From Escherichia phage REP2: a DNA stretch of 64,000 nucleotides. The stretch lies in the sequence record OQ174501.1; one strand, given 5' to 3'. The notes beneath the pieces were generated by a model, which was not told the origin of the DNA, searched no databases, and worked only from the letters and a program-made list of their open reading frames with translations. Positions 37,225 to 46,092 of the stretch are shown piece after piece (positions within the stretch are counted from its first letter, which is position 1; every line of letters starts with the position of its first letter). The position numbers and the translations under genes were made by a program.

Positions 37225-37698
37225 ATGAAAACATATCAAGAATTTATCACTGAAGCAGCTATTAATTCTCAAATTATTGCTGAATCTTTTACCGATCTTT
37301 TGAAATTTAAAAAAGGTCAAAAAATCACTGCTGTATTGGATGATGGTACAGAAGTTGAGATGGATGTACAGGGATATAATTATGCAGTAGATGGAAAACT
37401 GTATAATAAATCTCATGCTAAATTTGATTCATTTGACGACTTTGTTAATACAGTTGAAGATGAAAAAACTCGTAGATCCATTGCAACTGGCGACGCTAAG
37501 GTTCTTATGGCACATGGCCATGAACGCATCCGCGCTAAACAGAATAAAATGGGCGAAGATAATTTTGCATTAGTTGGTTATCAATCTGGTAAACAAACTT
37601 ATGGCTATCAACGTACTGCTACCATGTATAATAAAAATGGTAAAATCGCTTTCGTGAATAGTAAAGGTTCTATTCAGTACGTTAAATCGTTCAAATAA
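37225..37698 (+). CDS. internal protein with CTS (ipII/ipIII-like position)
   Basis: 157 aa starting MKTYQEFITE; basic, Lys/Gly-rich body. Confidence 0.65.
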   Translation: MKTYQEFITEAAINSQIIAESFTDLLKFKKGQKITAVLDDGTEVEMDVQGYNYAVDGKLYNKSHAKFDSFDDFVNTVEDEKTRRSIATGDAKVLMAHGHERIRAKQNKMGEDNFALVGYQSGKQTYGYQRTATMYNKNGKIAFVNSKGSIQYVKSFK

Positions 37699-37839
37699 TA
37701 TGGGAACAACCTGGACCTCATGATTCTATGAGGGATTCCCGCCAACCTGTAATAAGGTCGAGCCTGAGTGCGGTAATGGGTAAATACAGAAATGGACAAT
37801 TCATGCGCCACGGAATGGCCCAAATTTAGAGAGAATAAA

Positions 37840-38379
37840 ATGAGAACATTTTTAACTGGTCCTTATCTATCCCTGATGAATGCTTTTACACACCATTCTG
37901 ACGCTAGAGTAGAAGAAATTTGTAAAAACGAATATATCCCGCCATTTGAAGAATTACTTAAACAGTACTGCACACTTCGACTAGATGGTGGACGTCAATC
38001 TGGTAAATCAACTGCAGTAACTAATTTTGCCGCTAATTGGTTGTATGACGGTGGAACAGTTATTGTTCTTTCTAATACTTCAGCTTACGCTAAAATTTCT
38101 GCAAATAACATTAAAAAGGAATTTTCGCGTTATTCTAATGATGATATACGTTTTCGTTTATTTACTGATTCTGTACGCAGTTTTATTGGTAATAAAGGAA
38201 GTAAGTTCAGAGGTTTATCGCTTTCGCGAATTTTGTATATAATTGACGAGCCTGTCAAATCTCCTGATATGGATAAGATTTATAGTGTCCATATTGACAC
38301 TGTACACTGCTGCTGTAATATTAAATGTTGTATTGGTGGTATTACTCGTCCACAGTTTTTCGTAATCGGAATGCAATGA
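37840..38379 (+). CDS. P-loop NTPase with C-terminal Cys cluster
   Basis: 179 aa; Walker A GGRQSGKST, Walker-B-like LYIIDE; HCCCNIKCC near C-terminus. Confidence 0.55.
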   Translation: MRTFLTGPYLSLMNAFTHHSDARVEEICKNEYIPPFEELLKQYCTLRLDGGRQSGKSTAVTNFAANWLYDGGTVIVLSNTSAYAKISANNIKKEFSRYSNDDIRFRLFTDSVRSFIGNKGSKFRGLSLSRILYIIDEPVKSPDMDKIYSVHIDTVHCCCNIKCCIGGITRPQFFVIGMQ

Positions 38380-38705
38380 TGACAGACACACAGCTTTTCG
38401 AATATCTCTATTTTTCGCCAAAAACTATTAAAAATAAATTGGTAAATCATTTTGAAATTTTGGCAAATAACAACATTTTAAGCGAATTTTATCCCAAGCA
38501 ATACAAATTACAAAAAGGCGTATTCAAAGGATGCAGAGTTTTGTGCACGGCTCCTAATGCACGGCTAATGAATAAAATTCCATATTTTACCATGGAATTT
38601 ATTGATGGGCCTTTTAAAGGACTAATCACACAGAGTTTAATGGCATATGATTCTGAGCCATTTTTAATTAAAGAACAATCTTGGATAAATTTATTTTCTA
38701 ATTGA
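38376..38705 (+). CDS. hypothetical protein
   Basis: 109 aa; start overlaps upstream stop (ATGATGA). Confidence 0.5.
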   Translation: MMTDTQLFEYLYFSPKTIKNKLVNHFEILANNNILSEFYPKQYKLQKGVFKGCRVLCTAPNARLMNKIPYFTMEFIDGPFKGLITQSLMAYDSEPFLIKEQSWINLFSN

Positions 38706-38711
38706 GGTTAT

Positions 38712-39074
38712 ATGAAAGCATATCAAATTCTTGAAGGCACACATAAAGGTACTATTTATTTTGAAGATGGTATTCAAGCACGAATTATTGTCTCTAAAAC
38801 CTTTAAAGAGGACTCTTTTGTAGACCCAGAAATTTTCTATGGTTTGCATGCCCGTGAAATTGAAATTGAGCAACAGCCTACAGTTAAAATTGAAGGTGGT
38901 CAACACCTGAACGTTAACGTTCTGCGTCGTGAAACTCTGGAAGATGCAGTTAAGCATCCGGAAAAATATCCGCAGCTGACCATCCGTGTATCCGGTTATG
39001 CAGTTCGCTTTAACTCTCTGACTCCGGAACAGCAGCGCGACGTTATCGCTCGTACCTTCACCGAGAGTTTGTAA
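38712..39074 (+). CDS. autonomous glycyl-radical cofactor (GrcA/YfiD-like)
   Basis: 120 aa; C-terminus [59 protein letters not shown] is a PFL-type glycyl-radical domain. Confidence 0.85.
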   Translation: MKAYQILEGTHKGTIYFEDGIQARIIVSKTFKEDSFVDPEIFYGLHAREIEIEQQPTVKIEGGQHLNVNVLRRETLEDAVKHPEKYPQLTIRVSGYAVRFNSLTPEQQRDVIARTFTESL

Positions 39075-39295
39075 TGGCAAAGATAATTATTGAAGGTTCT
39101 GAAGATGTGCTAAATGCTTTCGCCGAGTGGTTTAGTAATTCAGGCGAACAGCAATTTAACGAAGCATGGAACATGGGTGATATTAATGGAATTTATCCTA
39201 CGACAGAAATTTCTGTTCAAGGATATGGCATTCATGAACCTATTCGTTTAGTTGAATATGATTTGGGAACAGGTGAGGAAGTAAAATATGATTGA
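39074..39295 (+). CDS. hypothetical protein
   Basis: 73-aa ORF, start overlaps upstream stop. Confidence 0.5.
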   Translation: MAKIIIEGSEDVLNAFAEWFSNSGEQQFNEAWNMGDINGIYPTTEISVQGYGIHEPIRLVEYDLGTGEEVKYD

Positions 39296-39554
39296 AGACA
39301 TTAAAGGTTATAAACCACATACTGACGATAAAATCAGTAAAGTGAATGCTATCAAAGATGCTGAAGTTCGTTTAGGGCTTATCTTTGATGCTTTATATGA
39401 TGAATTCTGGGAAGCATTTGATAGCTGTGAAGATGATGAACTCGCGAAGAATTACGCCGAAAGCCTCGATCAGTTAACTATTGCTAAAACGAAACTCAAA
39501 GAATCCAGTATGTGGGCTTGTCGTGCAGTGTTCCAACCAGAGGAAAAATACTAA
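39288..39554 (+). CDS. hypothetical protein
   Basis: 88-aa ORF, overlapping neighbours. Confidence 0.5.
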   Translation: MIEDIKGYKPHTDDKISKVNAIKDAEVRLGLIFDALYDEFWEAFDSCEDDELAKNYAESLDQLTIAKTKLKESSMWACRAVFQPEEKY

Positions 39555-39832
39555 TGGCTCAATTAAGCGCAGGGTTTGGTTATGAGTATTATACTGCCCC
39601 TCGTCGTGTATCTGTTGCTCCTAAGAAAATTCAAAGTCTTGATGATTTCCAGGAAGTAGTTCGTAACGCTTTCCAGGACTATGCACGTTATCTTAAAGAA
39701 GATTCACAGGACTGTCTCGAAGAAGATGAAATTGCTTACTATGAGCAGCGTCTTGAACAGCTCAAAAATCTACATGAGGTTCGTGCAGAAGTTTCAAAGT
39801 CTATGAATAAATTGATTAGATTTAAAGAATAA
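39554..39832 (+). CDS. hypothetical protein
   Basis: 92 aa from the first ATG. Confidence 0.5.
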   Translation: MAQLSAGFGYEYYTAPRRVSVAPKKIQSLDDFQEVVRNAFQDYARYLKEDSQDCLEEDEIAYYEQRLEQLKNLHEVRAEVSKSMNKLIRFKE

Positions 39833-39834
39833 CT

Positions 39835-39864
39835 GTTTACTTTTCCTCTTGACTGTGGTATAAT
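39835..39864 (+). promoter_or_regulatory. T4-type early promoter
   Basis: GTTTAC-N18-TGGTATAAT upstream of regB. Confidence 0.75.
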
Positions 39865-39891
39865 TTTTCTATCAGTTAAGAGGAGAATAAC

Positions 39892-40353
39892 ATGACTATC
39901 AATACAGAAGTTTTTATCCGTCGAAATAAGCTTCGTCGTCACTTTGAGTCGGAGTTTCGTCAAATTAACAATGAGATTCGTGAGGCATCAAAAGCAGCAG
40001 GAGTCTCATCGTTTCATCTAAAATATTCTCAACATCTTCTTGATCGTGCAATTCAACGGGAGATTGATGAGACATATGTTTTTGAATTATTCCATAAAAT
40101 AAAAGACCATGTTTTAGAAGTTAATGAATTCCTGAGTATGCCTCCGCGTCCTGACATTGACGAGGATTTTATTGATGGGGTTGAATATCGTCCTGGACGT
40201 TTAGAAATCACAGATGGAAATCTTTGGCTTGGATTTACAGTTTGTAAACCTAACGCGAAGTTCAAAGACCCGTCACTTCAATGTAGGATGGCAATTATCA
40301 ACAGTCGTCGTTTACCAGGAAAGGCTTCTAAAGCAGTAATTAAAACTCAATGA
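39892..40353 (+). CDS. regB: site-specific endoribonuclease RegB
   Basis: 153 aa MTINTEVFIRRNKLRRHFESEFRQINNEIREASK..., matches remembered T4 RegB. Confidence 0.95.
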   Translation: MTINTEVFIRRNKLRRHFESEFRQINNEIREASKAAGVSSFHLKYSQHLLDRAIQREIDETYVFELFHKIKDHVLEVNEFLSMPPRPDIDEDFIDGVEYRPGRLEITDGNLWLGFTVCKPNAKFKDPSLQCRMAIINSRRLPGKASKAVIKTQ

Positions 40354-40360
40354 GGTAAGC

Positions 40361-40906
40361 ATGAGAAAAGCACTACTCGCTGGTCTATTGGCCATTTCAA
40401 TGATGGCACATAGCTCCGAGCATACTTTCAGTAATGTCCAACTCGATAACATGCGTTACGCGTATCAATTCGGGGAACAATTTTCTAAGGATGGAAAATA
40501 TAAAACACACAAAAATATCCACAAGAGCGGATTAGGTCATATAATGGCTGCTATTTTATGGCAAGAAAGCTCTGCCGGAGTTAATTTAAAATCTAAACCA
40601 AAGCATCATGCCTATGGAATGTTCCAAAATTATTTGCCTACTATGCGAGCAAGAGTTAAGGAACTTGGTTATAATATGACCGATGCTGAAATAAAAAGAA
40701 TGTTGAATAAACGGTCCAATTCAGCTTCCTGGGCGTACATTGAACTTTCTTATTGGTTAAATATACATAAGGGCGATATAAGAAAGGCGATATCCTCTTA
40801 TAATTCGGGATGGAATGTTAAAGCAGGTTCTAAATATGCTTCTGAAGTCCTAGAAAAGGCTAATTACCTTAAAAATAATAAACTTTTGGAAATAGTAAAT
40901 GACTAA
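40361..40906 (+). CDS. secreted lytic-transglycosylase-like protein (vs.1 position)
   Basis: 181 aa; signal peptide; SLT-like motifs LWQESS, AYGMFQ, SYNSG. Confidence 0.6.
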   Translation: MRKALLAGLLAISMMAHSSEHTFSNVQLDNMRYAYQFGEQFSKDGKYKTHKNIHKSGLGHIMAAILWQESSAGVNLKSKPKHHAYGMFQNYLPTMRARVKELGYNMTDAEIKRMLNKRSNSASWAYIELSYWLNIHKGDIRKAISSYNSGWNVKAGSKYASEVLEKANYLKNNKLLEIVND

Positions 40907-41240
40907 AATTTTGGTTTTATGTATAGGATTAATTTCATTTTCTGTGTTAGCAGATACATCATATACTGAAATTAGAGAGTATGTAAACCGTACTGCCGCG
41001 GATTATTGTGGGAAAAATAAAGCATGCCAAGCTGAATTTGCGCAGAAATTAATATATGCATATAAAGACGGAGAAAGAGATAAATCAAGCAGATATAAAA
41101 ATGATACATTGTTAAAACGATATGCTAAAAAGTGGAATACTTTAGAATGTTCAGTTGCGGAGGAGAAAGATAAAGCCGCTTGTCATTCAATGGTTGACCG
41201 TTTAGTAGATTCTTATAATCGAGGATTGAGTACTAGATGA
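40899..41240 (+). CDS. small secreted protein (vs position)
   Basis: 113 aa with signal peptide MTKILVLCIGLISFSVLA; vs identity is by synteny only. Confidence 0.4.
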   Translation: MTKILVLCIGLISFSVLADTSYTEIREYVNRTAADYCGKNKACQAEFAQKLIYAYKDGERDKSSRYKNDTLLKRYAKKWNTLECSVAEEKDKAACHSMVDRLVDSYNRGLSTR

Positions 41241-41716
41241 TTGTAAAATATATCAAGGGCGATATTGTCGCCCTATTTCTTCAAGGTAATATTATTGCGC
41301 ACGGGTGCAATTGCTTCCACACAATGGGCTCTGGCGTAGCGGGTCAATTAGCAAGAGCCTATCCCAAAATTTTAGAAATAGATAAAACCACTACCGAGTA
41401 CGGTTCTCGTGATAAATTAGGCGATATGTCTATTGTTTTTAAACATAGTCCTACGGGATTTGGTATATGCTATAACCTGTATACACAATACGAACCGGGT
41501 CCTAATCTTGATTATGGTGCTTTAGTAAACTGCATGATAGAATTAAATCTACAGGCAGAAACCCTTTTGTTTAAACCAGTAATTTACATTCCACGCATAG
41601 GTTGCGGTATTGCTGGCGGCGATTGGGATAAGGTTTCTAAATTAATCGACATGTTTACTCCTGATATTGATTTAATAGTGGTGGATTATGAAAGTACATT
41701 ACCCGCATCCGTTTGA
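41237..41716 (+). CDS. macro-domain protein (ADP-ribose binding/processing fold)
   Basis: 159 aa; GDIVALFLQGNIIAHGCNCFHTMGSGVAGQL and IPRIGCGIAGGDW resemble macro-domain signature motifs. Confidence 0.6.
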   Translation: MIVKYIKGDIVALFLQGNIIAHGCNCFHTMGSGVAGQLARAYPKILEIDKTTTEYGSRDKLGDMSIVFKHSPTGFGICYNLYTQYEPGPNLDYGALVNCMIELNLQAETLLFKPVIYIPRIGCGIAGGDWDKVSKLIDMFTPDIDLIVVDYESTLPASV

Positions 41717-41900
41717 TCCTAAAAACAAAGTGGAAATTATTCGTCAATGGGAACGCATTTGCCGTACTAAATGCCCAATTAATAGTCCACATGATGTAGA
41801 TAAAGACTATATTGGAACATTCGTTGAATATACCTTTATTGATAGGAAAGGTCGTAAACAACATGTAGAAGAATATTGTTTAAAGGTTACATGGTTATGA
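41688..41900 (+). CDS. hypothetical protein
   Basis: 70-aa ORF. Confidence 0.45.
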   Translation: MKVHYPHPFDPKNKVEIIRQWERICRTKCPINSPHDVDKDYIGTFVEYTFIDRKGRKQHVEEYCLKVTWL

Positions 41901-42103
41901 GCCAAACTAGTATTCTTAAAAATGCCCACTGCGAAAAGTGTGAATGGCCAGTTGTTTTTGCTTTATGTAATGATGAAATGGCTTGTGATTTCGATTATTG
42001 GTGCTATTGTTCTAATAAAGGATGCATCAATCATAAAGGTGAAGGATTTTATTCGGGATTTTATCCTTATCCAGATTTCGTTAAAGAAGGTAAACCGAAA
42101 TGA
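41876..42103 (+). CDS. Cys-rich hypothetical protein
   Basis: 75-aa ORF with CxxC...CxxxxC...CxC pattern; start uncertain. Confidence 0.45.
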   Translation: MFKGYMVMSQTSILKNAHCEKCEWPVVFALCNDEMACDFDYWCYCSNKGCINHKGEGFYSGFYPYPDFVKEGKPK

Positions 42104-42269
42104 ATAGTTCTGAGTTACAATATGAAGTGTTACGTGAACTTGATAATTTAATTGAACTCGCTGTTAATAAAGGTTTTGCCATTGGAATTGGTCAAAAAGA
42201 TACTGGTCATTTAACTATGGAAATATTTAAGCAAAAGCGAATTATTTTAAAACTCCTGGAAATTAATAT

Positions 42270-42455
42270 ATGAGTCTGAGTAAAGAACAAAAAGATAAAT
42301 TGTTTGAGCTTATCCATGAACTTCTAGATGAGCATACAGAAGCAAACACCTTTTATGATGAATACGGCCCGCTATCTCCCGAACAGCAAGAAGAATTTGC
42401 TGATCGGTTTGATAAGAAAGAAAACGAATTAATAGCTTATGTGAATATGCTTTAA
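42270..42455 (+). CDS. hypothetical protein
   Basis: 61-aa acidic ORF. Confidence 0.45.
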   Translation: MSLSKEQKDKLFELIHELLDEHTEANTFYDEYGPLSPEQQEEFADRFDKKENELIAYVNML

Positions 42456-42464
42456 GAAGGTGAT

Positions 42465-43046
42465 ATGGCGAGTTTAATTTTTACTTACGCAGCAATGAAT
42501 GCTGGAAAATCTGCTTCTCTTTTGACTGCTGCACATAATTATAAAGAACGCGGAATGGGTGTATTAGTTCTTAAGCCTGCTATTGATACTCGCGATTCTG
42601 TCTGTGAAGTCGTTTCTCGCATTGGAATTAAGCAGGAAGCGAATATTATTACGGATGATATGGATATTTTTGAGTTCTATAAATGGGCTGAAGCACAAAA
42701 AGATATTCATTGTGTATTTGTAGATGAAGCTCAGTTTTTAAAAACTGAACAGGTGCATCAATTAAGTCGAATTGTTGATACATATAATGTTCCTGTTATG
42801 GCTTATGGGCTAAGGACTGATTTCGCTGGAAAATTATTTGAAGGTTCTAAAGAACTTTTGGCGATTGCAGATAAACTTATTGAACTAAAGGCAGTTTGTC
42901 ATTGTGGTAAAAAAGCTATTATGACAGCTCGATTAATGGAAGATGGAACACCAGTTAAAGAAGGTAATCAAATCTGTATTGGTGATGAAATTTATGTTTC
43001 TTTGTGTAGAAAACATTGGAACGAATTAACTAAAAAGCTCGGTTAG
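42465..43046 (+). CDS. tk: thymidine kinase
   Basis: 193 aa; P-loop MNAGKS; C-terminal Zn-binding CHCGKK...C; matches remembered T4 Tk. Confidence 0.95.
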   Translation: MASLIFTYAAMNAGKSASLLTAAHNYKERGMGVLVLKPAIDTRDSVCEVVSRIGIKQEANIITDDMDIFEFYKWAEAQKDIHCVFVDEAQFLKTEQVHQLSRIVDTYNVPVMAYGLRTDFAGKLFEGSKELLAIADKLIELKAVCHCGKKAIMTARLMEDGTPVKEGNQICIGDEIYVSLCRKHWNELTKKLG

Positions 43047-43088
43047 TGCAAAAGTTATAAATAGGTTTATCTAACTAAAGGGGTATAT

Positions 43089-43301
43089 ATGCTACAATTA
43101 ACTGAAAAGCAACTTCGCAATCTTACTGTTCTTCAATTAGATGAAATTCGTAGGGAAGTTGGAAATATCATTTCAGCTTTGCGTCGAGAAGTATCACTCA
43201 ACCAATCTCCGGCAGACTATACTAGATTGCGAAATTTTGAAAAATACCTTGATAAAGTTAAGGCCGTGCATCGGCATAAAGTAAATACAGGACAAAAATG
43301 A
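43089..43301 (+). CDS. hypothetical protein (rI.1 position)
   Basis: 70-aa ORF with RBS. Confidence 0.5.
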
Positions 43302-43313
43302 TAGGAGGCCTTT

Positions 43314-43607
43314 ATGGCCTTAAAAGCAACGGCACTATTTGCCATGCTAGGATTAGCGTTTGCCTTATCTCCACCAATTGAAGCGAATGTCGATCCTCAT
43401 TTTGATAAATTTATGGAATCTGGTATTAGACACGTTTATATGCTTTTTGAAAATAAAAGCGTAGAATCATCTGAACAGTTCTATAGTTTTATGCGAACGA
43501 CTTATAAAAATGACCCGTGCTCTTCCGATTTTGAATGTATAGAGCGAGGCGCGGAGATGGCACAATCATACGCTAGAATTATGAACATTAAATTGGAGAC
43601 TGAATGA
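43314..43607 (+). CDS. rI: lysis-inhibition regulator (antiholin) RI
   Basis: 97 aa with N-terminal signal-anchor, adjacent to tk as in T4. Confidence 0.8.
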   Translation: MALKATALFAMLGLAFALSPPIEANVDPHFDKFMESGIRHVYMLFENKSVESSEQFYSFMRTTYKNDPCSSDFECIERGAEMAQSYARIMNIKLETE

Positions 43608-43990
43608 AATTCAGCGACTTTTCACAAAGTGGAAAACCTTCAAAGGCAGATGAATACTTAGGTTTATTAATGGCTGCACAAGCTTATTTTCATTCTGCGC
43701 ATTTTGAAACTAAAAGTTATGCTAGACACAAAGCATACGATTTTATTTTCTCTGAGTTGCCAGATTTGATTGATAAATTTGGTGAGCAATATTTGGGGTA
43801 TTCTGGTAGAAAATACACGCCTTCTATTCCAGATGCCAGTAAACTTCCTACCGACACAATTAAAATGATTGATCGCATACTAGACCAATCTAACAGCATT
43901 TATAAAGAAATGCCTCCAGCCATTCAAAGCACGATAGATGATATTACTGGGATGTTTTACCAGAGTAAATATCTTCTTTCCCTCGAATAA
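43604..43990 (+). CDS. hypothetical protein (rI.-1 position)
   Basis: 128-aa ORF. Confidence 0.55.
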   Translation: MKFSDFSQSGKPSKADEYLGLLMAAQAYFHSAHFETKSYARHKAYDFIFSELPDLIDKFGEQYLGYSGRKYTPSIPDASKLPTDTIKMIDRILDQSNSIYKEMPPAIQSTIDDITGMFYQSKYLLSLE

Positions 43991-43994
43991 CATT

Positions 43995-44017
43995 AGTCTC
44001 CTTCGGGAGACTTTTTT
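43995..44017 (+). terminator. rho-independent terminator
   Basis: AGTCTCC-ttcg-GGAGACT followed by TTTTTT. Confidence 0.75.
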
Positions 44018-44027
44018 CATTTTACCG

Positions 44028-44057
44028 GTTTACTTTCCATTTGAGCTGTGATACTAT
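44028..44057 (+). promoter_or_regulatory. T4-type early promoter
   Basis: GTTTAC-N18-TGATACTAT, then ACAACTATC leader. Confidence 0.7.
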
Positions 44058-44085
44058 ACAACTATCGGATAAAGAGGAGAACATC

Positions 44086-44274
44086 ATGAAAATTGAAGCA
44101 CTTAATCAAGAAGGAAATATCTACGTCATCATTAATGGTGATTTTTTCGTCGACATGGATGAAGTTACTAGTGAAGAACTTGTAGAACTTCTTAAGAAAC
44201 GTTATGATATGTGTGATGAAGCTGCAACTCATATGGCGTGTGCAATATTCTCTCTTTCATATGTGGTGGAATAA
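44086..44274 (+). CDS. hypothetical protein
   Basis: 62 aa from ATG after RBS GAGGAG. Confidence 0.5.
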   Translation: MKIEALNQEGNIYVIINGDFFVDMDEVTSEELVELLKKRYDMCDEAATHMACAIFSLSYVVE

Positions 44275-44477
44275 TGACTAGAATTGAACAAGCAGATAAA
44301 ATCAAGGAATTAGTGGCTTCAATTCGTAAAGCAGATGAAGAGCTGATTGACTTTGCTTGGTATTCATCGGGTATTTCGAATAAAGGCATTAAAGACTTTG
44401 AAACTAAAGTGGATAATGCTATAGAAGCGTTAGATATGTTTCTTGATGAAATTATTGATCATAATACGAGAGTTTAA
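44274..44477 (+). CDS. hypothetical protein
   Basis: 67 aa. Confidence 0.5.
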   Translation: MTRIEQADKIKELVASIRKADEELIDFAWYSSGISNKGIKDFETKVDNAIEALDMFLDEIIDHNTRV

Positions 44478-44479
44478 GT

Positions 44480-44674
44480 ATGCTAACACGTGAACAGTTT
44501 GAAAAAATCATTAAATTAGCACGTGATATTGAAATAGATTCATATCAATTAGCAGTTGAGCATTGTGAAGGATACTCATACGATGGTATAGAAGCAGCTA
44601 AAAAGGATTTGGATAAATCCAAAGCTAAGTTAGTTCAATATCTTGAAATGATTAGGTGGAATAATGAAAACTGA
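44480..44674 (+). CDS. hypothetical protein
   Basis: 64 aa. Confidence 0.5.
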   Translation: MLTREQFEKIIKLARDIEIDSYQLAVEHCEGYSYDGIEAAKKDLDKSKAKLVQYLEMIRWNNEN

Positions 44675-44839
44675 AAAGCAGATGTTTTTAATGAAGCTAA
44701 TTGAAGAATATGCTAATGCAGTTTCTGACTATGAGTATTCTGCTAGGGAAAGAGGTACAGCTTTCGCAAAGGAAGAAATGAAAATCATGGTTGATGCTCA
44801 CACAAAGCTTCAGAATTTTATTGAAAACGTCATTTAATG

Positions 44840-44869
44840 GTTTACAAGTTGGCAAGGTTATGATATAGT
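44840..44869 (+). promoter_or_regulatory. T4-type early promoter
   Basis: GTTTAC-N18-TGATATAGT. Confidence 0.6.
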
Positions 44870-45028
44870 AATCTTGTCAACTGCCAAGGAGAAGAGAATG
44901 AAAGTTTTGTTTGTTGTGTATGTGATGATTCAATATAATTATCCAATGTTTACTTATAATCTGGTGAACAACATTATTGATATTATTCAAAGGAGTGTGT
45001 AATTGTGGGTGAGTCGAAGAGAATCAAT

Positions 45029-45562
45029 ATGAAACGATTAGTATTAGAAGTTAGTCCGCTTTTTGGTGAATTAGCTATAGAAAAAGTAAATAATATGTAT
45101 CGTTTGACACAAGAAGACGATATGCTATATTTTACGCCTAGTGAAATCATTCATTTAACCCAAATTGAATATCCTTATACTGATAAAATAGTAAGCATCA
45201 ATGATGAGCACAAAATTCATTTTTATTCTTCATGCCCAGGATTTAATATTAAAAGTGAGTCAATGTGTTTATCAGTTATCCATTGGGATAGTTTTATAGA
45301 TAAGATTAAATATTTTTATTATTCTAATGAAAGAAAACATAGTTTAAAATGGCTCAAAAATTGCAATGCTATTATTACTAACGCTTGCAATCAGAATGAT
45401 GAAACTGTTTTAAACGTATCAAAATGCTATGAAGATGGTGATGTCTTAACTATTCGTCAAATTGATGATTTTCGATCGTATATTGTCACATTTACCAAAG
45501 ACGAAGCTATTGCGCTAAAGACTTATCTCGATTCTGTCATTCCAACTATGATTTCAAAGTGA
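45029..45562 (+). CDS. hypothetical protein, paralogue A
   Basis: 177 aa; C-terminus KDEAIALKTYLDSVIPTMISK. Confidence 0.55.
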   Translation: MKRLVLEVSPLFGELAIEKVNNMYRLTQEDDMLYFTPSEIIHLTQIEYPYTDKIVSINDEHKIHFYSSCPGFNIKSESMCLSVIHWDSFIDKIKYFYYSNERKHSLKWLKNCNAIITNACNQNDETVLNVSKCYEDGDVLTIRQIDDFRSYIVTFTKDEAIALKTYLDSVIPTMISK

Positions 45563-45568
45563 GGAAAT

Positions 45569-46090
45569 ATGTTTATTTCAAGTGGAAGTGGTTTAATTCG
45601 TGTTGAATTTAAAAATGACATCTTCCTTATTCAAGGAGATGATATTATTAAAATGAGTTATGATGAAATTAAGAAAATTTGTAATGCTCTTGAAAGTCAT
45701 GGAAAAGTGAACGCTGTTATTGATATTGGTGATTTATGGGTGACACTTTATGAAGTATCCGAAGGATTTAATATTGAAGATGAAAACAACATCTTAGCTA
45801 TTGATAAAAGAAGCGATTTGTTTGATGTGTTAAAAGTTTATGAACAGTCAAACGGTGGAAGAAAAGCTGTATTGATTTATCAAAAACCACATTCATGTGG
45901 AACTGCTTCAATCATTTCAGATATTGAAGATGAAACTGATACTTATATGTGTGTTTTAAAAGCTGGTGGTGACCGTCATCCGGATTTTATTTCTATTCGT
46001 CAAAACAATGGAGAAATTTCATTATCAAAATCAGAAGCTGAAGCTATGATTAAGTATTTAACAACTGTTACACCTTCAATGAAAGGATAA
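45569..46090 (+). CDS. hypothetical protein, paralogue B
   Basis: 173 aa; C-terminus KSEAEAMIKYLTTVTPSMKG matches paralogue A. Confidence 0.55.
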   Translation: MFISSGSGLIRVEFKNDIFLIQGDDIIKMSYDEIKKICNALESHGKVNAVIDIGDLWVTLYEVSEGFNIEDENNILAIDKRSDLFDVLKVYEQSNGGRKAVLIYQKPHSCGTASIISDIEDETDTYMCVLKAGGDRHPDFISIRQNNGEISLSKSEAEAMIKYLTTVTPSMKG

Positions 46091-46092
46091 TT

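Noticed and set aside
38691-39080. 129-aa minus-strand ORF
   Set aside because: It is antisense to the GrcA-like gene, whose glycyl-radical domain is unambiguous on the plus strand.
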